Below are positions 26,430-37,822 of a DNA stretch of 64,000 bases, one piece after another. Below the pieces are notes generated by a model. It did not search any database and was not told the origin of the DNA. It saw only the letters and a program-made list of their open reading frames with translations. This DNA comes from Nitrospira sp. Lineage in GTDB: Bacteria; Nitrospirota; Nitrospiria; Nitrospirales; Nitrospiraceae. The stretch is from NCBI GenBank assembly GCA_023248215.1, contig JAHFEW010000008.1:723-64722 (forward strand), written 5' to 3'. The position numbers and the translations under genes are program-made. The first letter of the stretch is position 1; every line of letters begins with the position of its first letter.

Positions 26430-26970
26430 CGTCCAATACCTGAAATTCTTCGGTGTCCATTTTGCCAAGCAGCCCCCTGCCGGTGACTTGCAACCCATGC
26501 CCATTGATCGTGACATGGTCGGGTGTTTGAATTTCATGCCGTGCATCAGTCCACATGAGGTGATTGGTCTGAATCGTATACCCACTTTGGGTTTCCACTA
26601 CGATCGGCGTCGTGCGGTTGGAAAGTTTGAAATTTTTCGTCTGGGTATCAAGCGTGCCCTCATCACCCGACAAGGTCAGTTCTTTTCCTTGAGTTCCGTA
26701 GAGCGTAATCTGGACATTGTTCAGGATCGCGCGGCTGTCCTTCTCAAATAGGCGCGCCTGTTCCGCCTGGACTTTCCATTGAACAATATCCCCTTTGGTC
26801 TGCGTATAGGTGAAATCCTGAATATGCGCGTCGGCAGACTCGGCGCCGACAGCGGCGACCGATCTAGACGAAGAGCCTGGATTGGAGCGTGTGACGAGCA
26901 GATACCCAAGAAACGCTGCAAGAACCACACTAAGAGCCAGAAGGCCTCGCCGAATCCAACGTTCCCACAT
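26398..26970 (-). CDS. lptC: LPS export system protein LptC
   Basis: 190 aa. N-terminal TM anchor plus an LptC-like beta-jellyroll segment. It lies upstream of lptA and lptB. Confidence 0.7.
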   Translation of the reverse strand: MWERWIRRGLLALSVVLAAFLGYLLVTRSNPGSSSRSVAAVGAESADAHIQDFTYTQTKGDIVQWKVQAEQARLFEKDSRAILNNVQITLYGTQGKELTLSGDEGTLDTQTKNFKLSNRTTPIVVETQSGYTIQTNHLMWTDARHEIQTPDHVTINGHGLQVTGRGLLGKMDTEEFQVLDDVRVDVVPAS

Positions 26971-27011
26971 GGCGAAAAGCTCCTAAGTTATAGAGCTTCC
27001 CCGTTCACAGC

Positions 27012-27040
27012 CGGTGGCATGATAGTAGCATTCCACCTAG
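27012..27040 (-). promoter_or_regulatory. Sigma-70-type promoter candidate for lptC-lptA-lptB-rpoN
   Basis: The minus strand reads TTTACT-N17-TACTAT, about 40 nt upstream of the lptC ATG. Confidence 0.3.
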
Positions 27041-27121
27041 GCCAAGTAAACCTACTGGAGAACAATGGCCCAACGAAATGGTTCGTAGAGTATGACGGAG
27101 AGCGAGGTGAAGAGGGGTCTC

Positions 27122-27157
27122 GAATGCCACGACAACCCACCGGCCGTCGTGGCATTC
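27122..27157 (-). terminator. 12-bp perfect hairpin just after the rplQ stop (alpha-operon end); no U tract
   Basis: GAATGCCACGAC-N12-GTCGTGGCATTC begins 7 nt downstream of the rplQ stop codon. The following sequence is not U-rich, so intrinsic termination is uncertain. Confidence 0.45.
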
Positions 27158-27163
27158 ACCTGG

Positions 27164-27610
27164 TTAGCCTTCTACAGGAGCAGAGCTTTGTGCTGTCGGA
27201 TCTTTATGCTGTGCAACTGAAGTATCAGACGATGGCGAGACCGTGGGCGTCGCTGGTCTGGCGACCAACTCCATGGCCACCATCTCAGCAGCATCACCAA
27301 CCCGACGCCGGGTTCTAATAATGCGCGTGTATCCTCCCGGGCGATCACGAAACCGTGCCGCGACATCGCTGAAGAGTTTCGAGACCACGGCCTTGCTGCG
27401 CAAGAAACTGAGGGCACGGCGACGGGCCGGCAGACTGCCGTCTTTCCCGAGTGAAATCATTCGATCGGTAAAGCCACGAATTTCTTTCGCCTTGGCTTCC
27501 GTCGTTTCAATTCGCTCATGCTCCAGCAGCGAGGTCACCAGGCTCCGAAACAGAGCCCAGCGATGTTTTGTTTGACGTCCGAGCTGTCGACCCTTCTTTT
27601 TGTGGCGCAC
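27164..27610 (-). CDS. rplQ: 50S ribosomal protein L17
   Basis: MRHKKKGRQLGRQTKHRWALFRSLVTSLLEHERIETT. It lies at the alpha-operon end. Confidence 0.95.
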   Translation of the reverse strand: MRHKKKGRQLGRQTKHRWALFRSLVTSLLEHERIETTEAKAKEIRGFTDRMISLGKDGSLPARRRALSFLRSKAVVSKLFSDVAARFRDRPGGYTRIIRTRRRVGDAAEMVAMELVARPATPTVSPSSDTSVAQHKDPTAQSSAPVEG

Positions 27611-27628
27611 AGTAGTCCTGTTCCTTTC

Positions 27629-28630
27629 TTACTCTGACCGCACGCCCGCGTCGCCTGACGGCAAAGCGTCGACTTTCATTCCAAGGCTCAGTCCCATTTC
27701 GGTCAGGATTTCCTTGATTTCGTTGAGCGATTTCTTCCCGAAATTCTTGGTCTTCAGCATCTCCGCTTCGGTTTTTTGGACCAAGTCGGCAATCGTCTTG
27801 ATATTGGCATTCTTGAGACAGTTGGCCGCGCGAACAGACAATTCCAACTCATTCACACTCCGATACAGATTCTTATTGACCTCATCGGAGAGGTCTTCGC
27901 TGCCGACAGTCGGTTTCGCATCGGAACGCTCTTCGGGATTGATGAAGATATCCAGGTGCTCGCGGAGAATGCCTGCGGCGTTGGACAAGGCATCGCGAGG
28001 GGAAATCGTTCCGTCCGTCCAAATTTCGAGCGTCAGCTTGTCATAGTCGGTCATGCGCCCCACGCGGGCATTCTCGACATGAAAATTCACTCGCTTGATC
28101 GGTGAAAAGATCGAGTCCACTGCAATCACACCGATGGGCAATCCTTCCTCCTTATTTCGTTCGGCGGGAACAAAACCACGGCCATGCTTGATTGTCATTT
28201 CCACATCAAGCGCGGCATCCTTATCCAGCGTCGCAATATGCAAGTCCGGAGTCAGAATGGTCACATCGCCGTCGTGGGCAATATCCGAACCCTTCGCTTC
28301 CCCAGGTCCCTTTTTCTTAAGCCGAATGGTCTTGGGCTTGTCACCTTGCAAAGCCAATCGAAGGCTTTTCACATTCAAAATGATGGATGTCACATCCTCT
28401 GTCACGCCAGGAATCGTGGAGAATTCATGTAATACTCCTTCGATCTTGACGGTCGTCACCGCAGCCCCCGTCAAGGAAGACAACAACACACGGCGCAGCG
28501 AGTTCCCAACCGTCGTGCCGAATCCTCGCTCGAATGCCTCTGTCGTAAATCTGCCGAATGTCGGGGAAAGAGTGTCCTTGTCGACTTCCACCCGCATGGG
28601 GATCTGAAAGTCTTTCATCGCTTTAATCAT
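27629..28630 (-). CDS. rpoA: DNA-directed RNA polymerase alpha subunit
   Basis: 333 aa. It has the RpoA NTD and CTD ([22 protein letters not shown]). Confidence 0.95.
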   Translation of the reverse strand: MIKAMKDFQIPMRVEVDKDTLSPTFGRFTTEAFERGFGTTVGNSLRRVLLSSLTGAAVTTVKIEGVLHEFSTIPGVTEDVTSIILNVKSLRLALQGDKPKTIRLKKKGPGEAKGSDIAHDGDVTILTPDLHIATLDKDAALDVEMTIKHGRGFVPAERNKEEGLPIGVIAVDSIFSPIKRVNFHVENARVGRMTDYDKLTLEIWTDGTISPRDALSNAAGILREHLDIFINPEERSDAKPTVGSEDLSDEVNKNLYRSVNELELSVRAANCLKNANIKTIADLVQKTEAEMLKTKNFGKKSLNEIKEILTEMGLSLGMKVDALPSGDAGVRSE

Positions 28631-28712
28631 GACTCCCCCTTCATTAACTCGTGTGAGCCCATCTATCGTTCAGCCATGGCGGGCAAGACAACCGCTCCCC
28701 AACCACGATCTC

Positions 28713-29339
28713 TTAGCGCGAGTACAATTCCACGACCATTTGTTCATTCACCGGCAGCACGATATGCTCCTTCGTCGGCAGTGACCGAATCGTCCCCTTA
28801 CAGGCCCCCTTGTCCAACTCGAGCCATTCCGGAATACCGCGCCCATCGACCGCCGCGAGCGCGCCTTGAATGGGAAGCATCTCACGGCTCTTCTGCCGCA
28901 CTTCCACGGAATCGCCTGCCTTCACAAGCGCGCCGGGCGCCTTCACTTTGCGACCATTGATCATCATGTGGCCATGATTGACCAACTGCCTGGCCTCCTT
29001 GCGCGAGGCGCCGAATCCGAGGCGGTACACCACGTTGTCCAATCGGCACTCCAACAGGCGTAGCAGCGTATCGCCCGTCACTCCGGCTTGGCGTTCTGCC
29101 CGCTCAAAAATGCCGCGGAACTGACACTCTTGCAAGCCGTAAATCCTCTTCAGCTTCTGCTTCTCACGTAACTGCAGACTGTAATCCGATGTCCGCTGAC
29201 GAGCCTGACCGTGCTGCCCGGGGGGATAACTCCGGCGCTCAATAGCGCACTTCTCGGTCATGCAACGAGACCCTTTCAAAAAGAGCTTCTCGCCCTCTCT
29301 CCGACACAACCGGCAGACAGGTCCACTATATTTTGCCAC
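28713..29339 (-). CDS. rpsD: 30S ribosomal protein S4
   Basis: MAKYSGPVCRLCRREGEKLFLKGSRC, 208 aa. Confidence 0.95.
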   Translation of the reverse strand: MAKYSGPVCRLCRREGEKLFLKGSRCMTEKCAIERRSYPPGQHGQARQRTSDYSLQLREKQKLKRIYGLQECQFRGIFERAERQAGVTGDTLLRLLECRLDNVVYRLGFGASRKEARQLVNHGHMMINGRKVKAPGALVKAGDSVEVRQKSREMLPIQGALAAVDGRGIPEWLELDKGACKGTIRSLPTKEHIVLPVNEQMVVELYSR

Positions 29340-29420
29340 GCTCCTACCCCTCCTCTACCTCAACGACTCAAGTACGACTCGATCAGCGATTACCTTGTTG
29401 TGACGACGTCAAGACGCGTG

Positions 29421-29804
29421 TTATACGCGTCGGCGCTTCGGCGGGCGACACCCGTTATGGGGAATGGGCGTCACATCGCGGATTAGATTGATGCGCAATC
29501 CAGCACTTTGCAGCGAGCGAATGGCGGATTCGCGCCCGGCTCCTGGACCGTTGACGTACACATCAACCTGGCGCATGCCGTTCTCCATCGCCTTCCTCGC
29601 AGCAGCCTCGCCCGCGCGCTGTGCCGCAAAAGGAGTGCTCTTCCGTGATCCCTTAAAGCCTTGATTGCCTGAGCTGGCCCACACGACAGTATTGCCGCTC
29701 ATGTCGGTGATGGTCACGATCGTGTTGTTGAACGACGCTTGAACGTGAGCCACGCCACTCTGGACAATCTTGCGTTCTTTCTTTTTGCCCTTCTTCACAC
29801 TCAT
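29421..29804 (-). CDS. rpsK: 30S ribosomal protein S11
   Basis: [22 protein letters not shown]...[13 protein letters not shown]. Confidence 0.95.
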   Translation of the reverse strand: MSVKKGKKKERKIVQSGVAHVQASFNNTIVTITDMSGNTVVWASSGNQGFKGSRKSTPFAAQRAGEAAARKAMENGMRQVDVYVNGPGAGRESAIRSLQSAGLRINLIRDVTPIPHNGCRPPKRRRV

Positions 29805-29845
29805 AGAATCTCCCTCAGCGCATGGCGCCTGCTCGGTCTAGCCTC

Positions 29846-30235
29846 TTATGCTCTCGCACCAGCGGGCTTCTGCGGTTTGCTCCCCACACCCGAACGTCTC
29901 CCCTTGCGAGTTCGCGCGTTTGTTTTGGTCCGCTGTCCGCGAACTGGCAAACCCTTGCGATGCCGGAGTCCACGAAATGTTCCGGTATCCACAAGTCGCT
30001 TGATGTTCATCGACACTTCTTTTCGCAAATCGCCTTCCACCCGATAGTCACGCTCGATGACTTCGCGCATTTTAACGATCTTGTCCTCGCTCACGTCCTT
30101 CACACGAATGGAGCCGTCAACCCCAGCCTTCTTCAGAATGGCCTGAGCGGCAGCACGACCGATCCCAAACACATAGGTCAGCCCGATATCAATTCGCTTG
30201 TCCTTTGGTAAATCCACACCCGAGATACGTGCCAT
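29846..30235 (-). CDS. rpsM: 30S ribosomal protein S13
   Basis: [26 protein letters not shown]. Confidence 0.95.
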   Translation of the reverse strand: MARISGVDLPKDKRIDIGLTYVFGIGRAAAQAILKKAGVDGSIRVKDVSEDKIVKMREVIERDYRVEGDLRKEVSMNIKRLVDTGTFRGLRHRKGLPVRGQRTKTNARTRKGRRSGVGSKPQKPAGARA

Positions 30236-30369
30236 AATTTCCCCCTAATTCTGTCCCTTCATTGCATCGTGGGCTGGCTTGGGGGGCCTCCGCGACAGTG
30301 GTCCGATATCACACGGAACAGATACGCGTGCACCGATACACACTTTTGCCAAGGCGGTCCACCTATCGG

Positions 30370-30483
30370 TCAACCCTGCCGCTGCTTGTGACGGGGATTC
30401 GCACACAACACCCGCACAACCCCTCGCCTGCGGACGACTTTACATTTTGCACAAATCGGCTTGACTGACGACTTGACCTTCAT
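30370..30483 (-). CDS. rpmJ: 50S ribosomal protein L36
   Basis: Not in the ORF track because it is too short. The minus-strand translation is [37 protein letters not shown] followed by TGA. Confidence 0.9.
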   Translation of the reverse strand: MKVKSSVKPICAKCKVVRRRGVVRVLCANPRHKQRQG

Positions 30484-30501
30484 AGCAATTCCATTTCTCC
30501 A

Positions 30502-30720
30502 CTACTTGAAACGATAGGTGATACGGCCCCTAGTCAGATCGTAGGGCGACAATTGGACTGTCACCTTATCGCCGGGAAGAATGCGGATGAAGTGCATCCG
30601 CATTTTTCCCGAGATGTGCGCTAAAATCCGATGCCCGTGTTCCAGTTCGACGCGAAACATGGCATTCGGGAGTGTCTCAGCCACCGTGCCGGTCACTTCT
30701 ATGACATCTTCTTTTGGCAC
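30502..30720 (-). CDS. infA: Translation initiation factor IF-1
   Basis: 72 aa. [39 protein letters not shown]. Confidence 0.95.
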   Translation of the reverse strand: MPKEDVIEVTGTVAETLPNAMFRVELEHGHRILAHISGKMRMHFIRILPGDKVTVQLSPYDLTRGRITYRFK

Positions 30721-30741
30721 GTATCGGTACGCCTCCCCGTC

Positions 30742-31497
30742 TTAATGTGATAACTGTGAAAGAATTCGCGCCGGGCCATTCGGCTGAATGGCGATGGTAT
30801 GCTCAAAGTGAGCTGACCAGCGTCCATCTTGTGTTACCGCAGTCCAGCGATCCTCCAAAATCCGAACAGCACCGGTTCCCATATTCACCATTGGTTCGAT
30901 CGCCAAAACCATCCCCACCTGCAACCGTGGCCCCTGTCCAGGCCGTCCGTAATTGGGAACCTGCGGCTCCTCATGGAGCTGCCGTCCAATGCCATGCCCG
31001 ACAAATTCGGTGACCACGGCAAACCCAGCCTCTTCGACGTGGGTTTGCACGGCATGAGACACATCGGACAATCGATTTCCCACAACTGCTTGAGCGATAC
31101 CACGGCACAGCGCTTCCTCAGTCACTTGTATCAAACGCATGGCCTCGCTGCTCGCAGTCCCGACCGGCACCGTGACCGCAGAATCTCCGTAGAATCCGGA
31201 AACAACCGCGCCGAGATCTAGCCCTATGATATCGCCCTCTTTGAGTCGGCGTTTTGATGGAATCCCATGGACCACCTGTTCGTTCACTGAGGCGCAGAGT
31301 GTTTTTGGGTAGTTGCGGTACCCCTTGAACGCAGGAATGGCACCCCGACCACGAATCGCCTCTTCCGCCATGCGATCCAAATCATCGGTGGTAATACCAG
31401 GTGCCACTTTCCCCTTCAGCAACTCCAAAACTTCCGCTACCACCTGAGACGCTTGCGCCATTAACGCAACTTCGCCAGGGGTTTTAAACACAATCAT
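30742..31497 (-). CDS. map: Type I methionine aminopeptidase
   Basis: 251 aa. Metal-ligand context is present (DIIGLDLGAVVSGFYGD, GHGIG, EPM). Confidence 0.9.
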   Translation of the reverse strand: MIVFKTPGEVALMAQASQVVAEVLELLKGKVAPGITTDDLDRMAEEAIRGRGAIPAFKGYRNYPKTLCASVNEQVVHGIPSKRRLKEGDIIGLDLGAVVSGFYGDSAVTVPVGTASSEAMRLIQVTEEALCRGIAQAVVGNRLSDVSHAVQTHVEEAGFAVVTEFVGHGIGRQLHEEPQVPNYGRPGQGPRLQVGMVLAIEPMVNMGTGAVRILEDRWTAVTQDGRWSAHFEHTIAIQPNGPARILSQLSH

Positions 31498-32153
31498 TTA
31501 GCCCCAAGCCCGCGGAGCACGGATGCTAGCCTATCGTAAACATGACCCGGAGCTCCAGACCCATCAAGATCACTCAATTTCTGCTTGGCTTCATAATAGG
31601 CGATCAACGGAGCGGTCTGTTCGTCATAGACTTTCAAGCGGGCCTCAATGGTCTCCGGCTTATCATCGCTTCGTTGCACCAATGCCTCACCGCAACGATC
31701 ACACAAGCCACTTACCTTGGGAGCGGCAAAATCTACATGGAATACACTTTGACATTTCGGGCAGCTGCGGCGGCCACTGAGCCGGTGCACGACATCCTGA
31801 CGGGACACTCGAAAGTTAATCACCCGATCGAGATCGATACCGCTCCCGGCAAGAATACCGTTCAGCTCTTCAGCCTGCTGAACGGTTCTCGGGAATCCAT
31901 CCAGAATAAAGCCCTTGCCACACAAGGACTCGGCTAGCTTAGTCCTCACCATCCCAATCACAACATTATCGGGGACGAGCTTTCCAGCATCCATAGATTT
32001 CTTGGCTTCGAGTCCCAACGCGGTTTTGTTGCGCACGGCTTCGCGCAAAAGATCCCCCGTTGAGATCTTTGGCCAACCAAACTGAGCGGTTACCCGATCA
32101 GCTTGAGTACCCTTTCCTACCCCTGGGGCACCGAGAAACACTAGTCGCATCAA
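31494..32153 (-). CDS. adk: Adenylate kinase (zinc-finger lid type)
   Basis: MRLVFLGAPGVGKGTQ, with lid cysteines CPKC...CDRC. Confidence 0.95.
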   Translation of the reverse strand: MMRLVFLGAPGVGKGTQADRVTAQFGWPKISTGDLLREAVRNKTALGLEAKKSMDAGKLVPDNVVIGMVRTKLAESLCGKGFILDGFPRTVQQAEELNGILAGSGIDLDRVINFRVSRQDVVHRLSGRRSCPKCQSVFHVDFAAPKVSGLCDRCGEALVQRSDDKPETIEARLKVYDEQTAPLIAYYEAKQKLSDLDGSGAPGHVYDRLASVLRGLGAK

Positions 32154-32159
32154 ATCGCC

Positions 32160-33473
32160 CTACGTCGTTCGACCACGAAGCCGTCCTTTTTGCAGGAACC
32201 CGTCGTAATTGCGGTTCAGGAGATGAGACTCAATTTGTTGAGCCGTATCCAAACCAACACCAATCACAATCAAGAGTGAGGTTCCGCCAAAGTAAAACGG
32301 CATATTCAGCTTATAAATGAGGAACTCTGGAATCACGCAAACAATCGCAAGGTAAATTGCGCCGGCAAAAGTAATCTTTGTGAGCACCGAATAAATATAG
32401 TCCGAGGTGCGCTGGCCCGGGCGTATCCCAGGGACGAATCCACCATATTTTTTCAAATTGTCGGCCATATCAACGGGGTTCATGACCACCGCAGTATAAA
32501 AGAAACAGAAAAACACAATCAGACCCACATACATCAACGTATACAGAAGTGACCCGGGAGCCAGTTGCGAGCCTATCTCCTTGATCCAGGGCGTTTCAAA
32601 AAAGCCAGCAATCGTAGCCGGAAATGCAATGATCGACGAGGCAAAAATTGGCGGAATCACACCGGCTGTATTAATTTTAAGGGGAATATGGGTACTCTGA
32701 CCACCGTATACCCGACGCCCAATCACACGCTTCGCATATTGAACAGGAACTTTTCGTCGACCGCTCTCCAGAAAGACGATTGCCCCCACCACGCCGAACA
32801 TGACTAAGGTGAGCACGACTAACAGCGGGAAACTGAGTTGTCCCACCTTGTACAGATCGAACGTCTGAGCAACGGCTGCCGGCAGCCGTGCGACAATACC
32901 GGCAAAGATGATCAAGGAGATTCCATTGCCAATGCCACGTTCCGTAATTTGTTCGCCCAACCACATCAGAAATCCGGTGCCCGCACAAAGTGTAATCACG
33001 GTCATAAACCGGAATCCCCAACCGGGGCTGAGCACAAAGGCACCTTGATTCATCTGTTCGAGACCAACCGCGATCCCAAAGCCCTGAATCAACGCGATGA
33101 CAATAGTGCCGAATCGAGTATATTGAATGATCTTCTTTCGGCCTCGCTCGCCCTCTTTCGCTAACTTTGAAAGATGGGGAATCACCACCGTCAGTAACTG
33201 CAAAATAATAGATGCGCTGATATAAGGCATAATGCCCAGCGCAAAGATCGTCAGCCGTGAGAGTGAGCCCCCCGAAAAAATATCCAAAAATCCGAGCAGC
33301 GCCCCGCCCTGTTTTTGGAGGAATTCAGATAGAGCCTCCCCGTTGATCCCGGGAGTGGGAATGTGCGCGCCGACTCGATAGACGACGAGCATCCCCAGCG
33401 TGAACAACACGCGGGTCCGCAACTCCGGTATCTTGAAGATGTTCTGAAAACTGGTCAGGAGACGCTCAAACAC
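32160..33473 (-). CDS. secY: Preprotein translocase subunit SecY
   Basis: SecY TM pattern is present. A GTG at 33473 ([19 protein letters not shown]) overlaps the rplO stop and gives 437 aa. The longer ORF-track N-terminus runs inside rplO. Confidence 0.9.
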   Translation of the reverse strand: MFERLLTSFQNIFKIPELRTRVLFTLGMLVVYRVGAHIPTPGINGEALSEFLQKQGGALLGFLDIFSGGSLSRLTIFALGIMPYISASIILQLLTVVIPHLSKLAKEGERGRKKIIQYTRFGTIVIALIQGFGIAVGLEQMNQGAFVLSPGWGFRFMTVITLCAGTGFLMWLGEQITERGIGNGISLIIFAGIVARLPAAVAQTFDLYKVGQLSFPLLVVLTLVMFGVVGAIVFLESGRRKVPVQYAKRVIGRRVYGGQSTHIPLKINTAGVIPPIFASSIIAFPATIAGFFETPWIKEIGSQLAPGSLLYTLMYVGLIVFFCFFYTAVVMNPVDMADNLKKYGGFVPGIRPGQRTSDYIYSVLTKITFAGAIYLAIVCVIPEFLIYKLNMPFYFGGTSLLIVIGVGLDTAQQIESHLLNRNYDGFLQKGRLRGRTT

Positions 33474-33915
33474 TGGGAATGACCTCGGCCCTCCCTCCAG
33501 CTGCCTGAATCTTTGCCTCAGCCGACTTGCTGAACTTGTGAGCCTGGACCACAAGGGGTCTCGTGACCTCTCCCTGGGCAAGGATCTTAATCAGCTGTCC
33601 CTTTCGTCGCACAAGGCCTTCGTTCATCAAGAGTTGGGGCGTAATGGCTTCTGTCGTCTCCAGATCAGCCAGGCTTTTCAAATTGACGATGGTGTATTCG
33701 GTTCGAAACTGGTTCACAAATCCATACTTCGGGACTCTTCGAACCAACGGCATCTGACCGCCTTCAAAACCCGGTCGTTTTCCACCACCTGATCGAGCCT
33801 TGAGACCCTTATGACCCTTGGTTGCAGTTTTTCCGTGACCAGATCCAGGACCACGCCCGATTCGCTTCCGCTTGTGTTTAGCCCCCTTCGAAGGAGCAAG
33901 ATCATGTAACTTCAT
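33466..33915 (-). CDS. rplO: 50S ribosomal protein L15
   Basis: [30 protein letters not shown]. Confidence 0.95.
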   Translation of the reverse strand: MKLHDLAPSKGAKHKRKRIGRGPGSGHGKTATKGHKGLKARSGGGKRPGFEGGQMPLVRRVPKYGFVNQFRTEYTIVNLKSLADLETTEAITPQLLMNEGLVRRKGQLIKILAQGEVTRPLVVQAHKFSKSAEAKIQAAGGRAEVIPSV

Positions 33916-34121
33916 TGCGGACTCACTTCCAATAAATAACCCACCTTGGCGATCATGCCCTTGACTTGATCGCTTGCGGGCCGTAACACCGTGGCATGCA
34001 TTTTTCGAAGGCCTAATCCTCTGAGTACCAATCTGTGCTTATACGGAGTCCCGATTGGGCTCCGCTTGAGTGTAATTCGGAGGCCAGACTCAACATTGGC
34101 TGATTTTTTATCAGTAACCAT
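33912..34121 (-). CDS. rpmD: 50S ribosomal protein L30
   Basis: 69 aa. [27 protein letters not shown]. Confidence 0.9.
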   Translation of the reverse strand: MVTDKKSANVESGLRITLKRSPIGTPYKHRLVLRGLGLRKMHATVLRPASDQVKGMIAKVGYLLEVSPQ

Positions 34122-34624
34122 TAGATGTGCACCTGCGCTTCGACTCCATGATTTCGCCGCAACCGCATGACTTCTTGCGGGTCACGCAATTGCTGGAGCC
34201 CGTTAAGGGTAGCCCGTACAGTATTGAATGGATTACCACGGCCTAATGTTTTCGCAATGATATTGTGGGCGCCAGCCAATTCGACTACCGCACGAACCGC
34301 ACCCCCTGCAATAATGCCTGTTCCGTCAGCCGCGGGTTTCAAAAGCACATGCTCCGCGCCAAACAGTCCGTGCACTTCATGCGGAATAGTTCCGCCCTTG
34401 ATGGGTACCCGAACCAGATGCTTCTTGGCCTGCTCGACCGCTTTTGAAATTGCTACAGGGACTTCTGCAGCCTTACCTTTCCCAATTCCAACATACCCTT
34501 GCCCATCCCCCACAACGACTAGGGCGCAAAAATTGAAGCGCTTTCCGCCCTTCACGACCTTTGCGACACGGTTGATGAACACCACCTTGTCTTTAAGACT
34601 CAATTCTTCGGGATTGACTCGCAC
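34121..34624 (-). CDS. rpsE: 30S ribosomal protein S5
   Basis: [39 protein letters not shown]. Confidence 0.95.
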   Translation of the reverse strand: MRVNPEELSLKDKVVFINRVAKVVKGGKRFNFCALVVVGDGQGYVGIGKGKAAEVPVAISKAVEQAKKHLVRVPIKGGTIPHEVHGLFGAEHVLLKPAADGTGIIAGGAVRAVVELAGAHNIIAKTLGRGNPFNTVRATLNGLQQLRDPQEVMRLRRNHGVEAQVHI

Positions 34625-34701
34625 AACGTCATTCTCCTTTAAGTCGTCACGTTTGGCTTACTACGGACAGAGGGTGGGCGGCTCTTGAGGCGAGCTTGCA
34701 C

Positions 34702-35067
34702 CTAAAATTGCAGGCCCCCTTCACGTGACGCCTCGGCCAAGGCCTTAACGCGACCATGATATTGGCGCCCACCGCGATCAAAGACCACCATCGACACTTT
34801 GGCTGCCTTCGCTCGCTCTGCAATCAATCTTCCAACGGCCTTCGCGCCCTCGATACTACCGGTGGATTTCACAGATTTCCGCAATGATTCATCCAAAGTT
34901 GAAGCCGCCGCAACCGTATGCCCGCGGAGATCATCGATAATCTGGGCATAAATATGTGAACGGCTTCGAAACACATTCAATCGCGGCCGATCGTTCGTCC
35001 CGATCACGGACTTGCGCACACGTCGTTTACGGCGTTCTAGCTTTCGATTTTTTTCTTGGGTATTCAT
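34702..35067 (-). CDS. rplR: 50S ribosomal protein L18
   Basis: [20 protein letters not shown]...[26 protein letters not shown]. Confidence 0.95.
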   Translation of the reverse strand: MNTQEKNRKLERRKRRVRKSVIGTNDRPRLNVFRSRSHIYAQIIDDLRGHTVAAASTLDESLRKSVKSTGSIEGAKAVGRLIAERAKAAKVSMVVFDRGGRQYHGRVKALAEASREGGLQF

Positions 35068-35076
35068 GAGAGGCCT

Positions 35077-35613
35077 TTACTTCCCGGTCTTGCCTGCCTT
35101 CTTCCTTAAGACTTCACCGGCGTATCGAATTCCTTTTTGCTTATACACATCAGGGGGCTTGATCGAGCGAATATTTGCGGCGACTTGACCAACAAGTCGT
35201 TTATCGACGCCACGAATTGAAATAAGTGTTTGCTTATCGACTTTCACGTCGATGCCCTGAGGAACCGTATAGGTCACAGGATGGATGTAGCCGACATTGA
35301 TGCTCATTTCACGGCCCTGGAGCTGCGCCTTGTAGCCCACCCCCGAAATTTCCATGGCCTTCTCGTAGCCCTTCGTCACACCCTGAATCATGTTGCTGAG
35401 CTCGGCACGCACTAACCCGTGCATCGCTCGTAGCTGCCGAGCGTCTCCCGATCGGGTCACGACAACTTGACCGTCATTGACACCCACGCTCATGCCTTCG
35501 GTCAACTTCCAATCAAGCTTGCCCATAGGCCCTTTAATCGATACGACGTCACCGGCGACCTTGATATCGACTCCGGTTGGAACTGGAATTGGTTTTCGTC
35601 CTATCCGCGACAT
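35077..35613 (-). CDS. rplF: 50S ribosomal protein L6
   Basis: MSRIGRKPIPVPTGVDIKVAGDVVSIKGPMGKL. Confidence 0.95.
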   Translation of the reverse strand: MSRIGRKPIPVPTGVDIKVAGDVVSIKGPMGKLDWKLTEGMSVGVNDGQVVVTRSGDARQLRAMHGLVRAELSNMIQGVTKGYEKAMEISGVGYKAQLQGREMSINVGYIHPVTYTVPQGIDVKVDKQTLISIRGVDKRLVGQVAANIRSIKPPDVYKQKGIRYAGEVLRKKAGKTGK

Positions 35614-35672
35614 GCGAACCCCGTTACGTTACTGCGATTCTAATTATTACTGCGTCTCTCAGCCGACGTTGC

Positions 35673-36068
35673 TTACCAGACGGAACAGAGAACTTCCCCA
35701 CCTAAACCAGACTGCCTGGATTCACTGTCGGTCATGAGACCTTTCGAGGTGGAAATGACGGCCACACCAATGCCGTTTCGAACCTTCGGCACGTCATCTC
35801 TCCCCACATACACACGACGTCCTGGCTTGCTGATTCGGCGCATGCCCGTGATCATCGGCCGTGACTCCTCAACATAGCGAAGTTGGACAGAGAAAAAGGG
35901 ATGCCCATCTACCTGCATCTCACCGTATCCTTGAATGAATCCCTCTTTCCCAAGAATGTTGAGGATCTGGCGCTTGACCTTAGAAACGGGAACCTTCACC
36001 ACATCCTGACGGCGACTAGCAGCATTTCCCAATCTCACCAACAAATCAGCAATTGGATCAGTAATCAT
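35673..36068 (-). CDS. rpsH: 30S ribosomal protein S8
   Basis: The internal ATG at 36068 gives MITDPIADLLVRLGNA (131 aa). The 59-aa ORF-track N-terminal extension overlaps rpsN and is rejected. Confidence 0.95.
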   Translation of the reverse strand: MITDPIADLLVRLGNAASRRQDVVKVPVSKVKRQILNILGKEGFIQGYGEMQVDGHPFFSVQLRYVEESRPMITGMRRISKPGRRVYVGRDDVPKVRNGIGVAVISTSKGLMTDSESRQSGLGGEVLCSVW

Positions 36069-36114
36069 GCAATCCTCTTCTGCGCTTGCACCGGCAAGCA
36101 TGGCACCGCGGTCC

Positions 36115-36300
36115 CTACCAACTTGATTTTCTGACTCCGGGAATTTCTCCCTTGAGACTAAGGAATCGGAAACAGATTCGGCACATACGAAAGCGACGCA
36201 GAAACCCACGTACTCGACCGCAAAGTCCGCATCGGTGGTATTCACGAGACGGAAACTTTGATTTCGCGGCAGCTTTGTTCTTCAGCGCTAATCTTGACAC
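36115..36300 (-). CDS. rpsN: 30S ribosomal protein S14, zinc-binding (type Z)
   Basis: 61 aa with CGLCGR...CRIC cysteines. Confidence 0.9.
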   Translation of the reverse strand: MSRLALKNKAAAKSKFPSREYHRCGLCGRVRGFLRRFRMCRICFRFLSLKGEIPGVRKSSW

Positions 36301-36361
36301 ACAATCCCCCTTACTAGTACATGGCAGAAAACAGCACTCCAGCTCACTTCAAACTGATCCG

Positions 36362-37015
36362 TTAGGCCCGGAATGGCATGCCCAAATGTTTGAGCAAGGC
36401 TTTGCCTTCATCATTCGTCCGGGCGGTGGTGACGATGGTGATATCCATTCCATGAATGGAGGCCACAGTGTCATATTCGATTTCAGGGAAGATCAGCTGC
36501 TCTTTCAATCCGAGGGTATAGTTCCCACGTCCATCGAACGCTTTTGGTGACACTCCGCGAAAATCACGAATTCGTGGAAGTGCAAGGGAAATCAATCGAT
36601 CCAAGAATTCCCACATGCGGCGGCTGCGCAGCGTGACCTTGGCGCCAATCGGCATACCTTGCCGCAGCTTAAACCCAGCAATCGCTTTTTTCGCTCGCGT
36701 GGTAATCGGCTTTTGCCCCGTGATAATACCCAATTCGCTAGACGCGCTCTCCAGCAATTTCACATTCTGAATAGCTTCGCCCATCCCCACATTCAATACG
36801 ATTCGCTCAAGCCGTGGCACCTGCATCAGATTGCCGTATCCGAACTCTTTCATGAGAGCCGGTACGACTTGATCGCGATAGGTATCCCTAAGCCGCGGTG
36901 CAAACTGATGCTCACTCCCAGAATCCTGAGACACTTCAGGTGCGGCGACTTCTTTCTTTGCTGACGACCGAGGGGCAGACCCTTTGCCGCCCTTACCCTT
37001 CTCTACTTTTGCCAT
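36362..37015 (-). CDS. rplE: 50S ribosomal protein L5 with a ~37-aa Lys/Gly-rich N-terminal extension
   Basis: The L5 core starts at [43 protein letters not shown]. It is preceded by [38 protein letters not shown]. No in-frame ATG lies between the annotated start and the point where the L5 core begins. Confidence 0.9.
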   Translation of the reverse strand: MAKVEKGKGGKGSAPRSSAKKEVAAPEVSQDSGSEHQFAPRLRDTYRDQVVPALMKEFGYGNLMQVPRLERIVLNVGMGEAIQNVKLLESASSELGIITGQKPITTRAKKAIAGFKLRQGMPIGAKVTLRSRRMWEFLDRLISLALPRIRDFRGVSPKAFDGRGNYTLGLKEQLIFPEIEYDTVASIHGMDITIVTTARTNDEGKALLKHLGMPFRA

Positions 37016-37035
37016 GAACGTCTTTCCTGTTCCGA

Positions 37036-37362
37036 CTATTCAACGATTTCTTTTGATTTCTTACTCAGTCTGGCGCGTCCACCATCATCCGTACGCCTGA
37101 TGCCTAACCGAGTTGGTTTCTTCGTTACTGGACACAAAAACATGACATTTGAGATGGCCAGCGGTGCCTCTCGCTCAAGAATGCCTCCCTGCCGAAGCTT
37201 TTGATTCGGCTTCGTATGGCGCTTGAGCATGTTGAGCTTTTCCACTACGATCTTTCCGTTCACGGTGTCAACCGACAAGACCTTGCCGGACTTCCCCCGC
37301 TCCCGACCGGTGACCACTACAACGGTATCGCCCTTGCGAATTTTCGTTTTGATTCGTGCCAT
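37036..37362 (-). CDS. rplX: 50S ribosomal protein L24
   Basis: The internal ATG at 37362 gives [26 protein letters not shown] (108 aa). Confidence 0.95.
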   Translation of the reverse strand: MARIKTKIRKGDTVVVVTGRERGKSGKVLSVDTVNGKIVVEKLNMLKRHTKPNQKLRQGGILEREAPLAISNVMFLCPVTKKPTRLGIRRTDDGGRARLSKKSKEIVE

Positions 37363-37388
37363 CCCTACTAGAACCTTTCTTTCTCCAC

Positions 37389-37757
37389 CTACAACACTTC
37401 CGGCGCAAGCGAGATGATCTTCATGAACTTCTTCCACCGCAGCTCACGTGCGACGGGTCCAAAAATACGAGTACCAACAGGTTCACCCTGGGCATTGATC
37501 AGCACGCATGCGTTGCGATCAAACTTGATATAGGAACCGTCGTCCCTCCGAACTTCCTTCGTCGTGCGCACGATAACCGCCCGGCTCACATCACCCTTCT
37601 TGACACCAGCCTGAGGAATCGCTTCCTTAACTGCAACAACGACAATGTCTCCTAGTGATCCATATCGTCGCCGTGTCCCACCAAGCACATGGAAACACAT
37701 CACCTGCTTCGCGCCGGAATTATCGGCTACATCCATGTATGTGTAATTCTGAATCAT
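37389..37757 (-). CDS. rplN: 50S ribosomal protein L14
   Basis: [27 protein letters not shown]. Confidence 0.95.
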   Translation of the reverse strand: MIQNYTYMDVADNSGAKQVMCFHVLGGTRRRYGSLGDIVVVAVKEAIPQAGVKKGDVSRAVIVRTTKEVRRDDGSYIKFDRNACVLINAQGEPVGTRIFGPVARELRWKKFMKIISLAPEVL

Positions 37758-37822
37758 GCCCCTGCCCTACTCATCATGCCGAAAAGGAACAGTCCTCTTG
37801 GCTTTTCAAGTGTATTCCGGAT

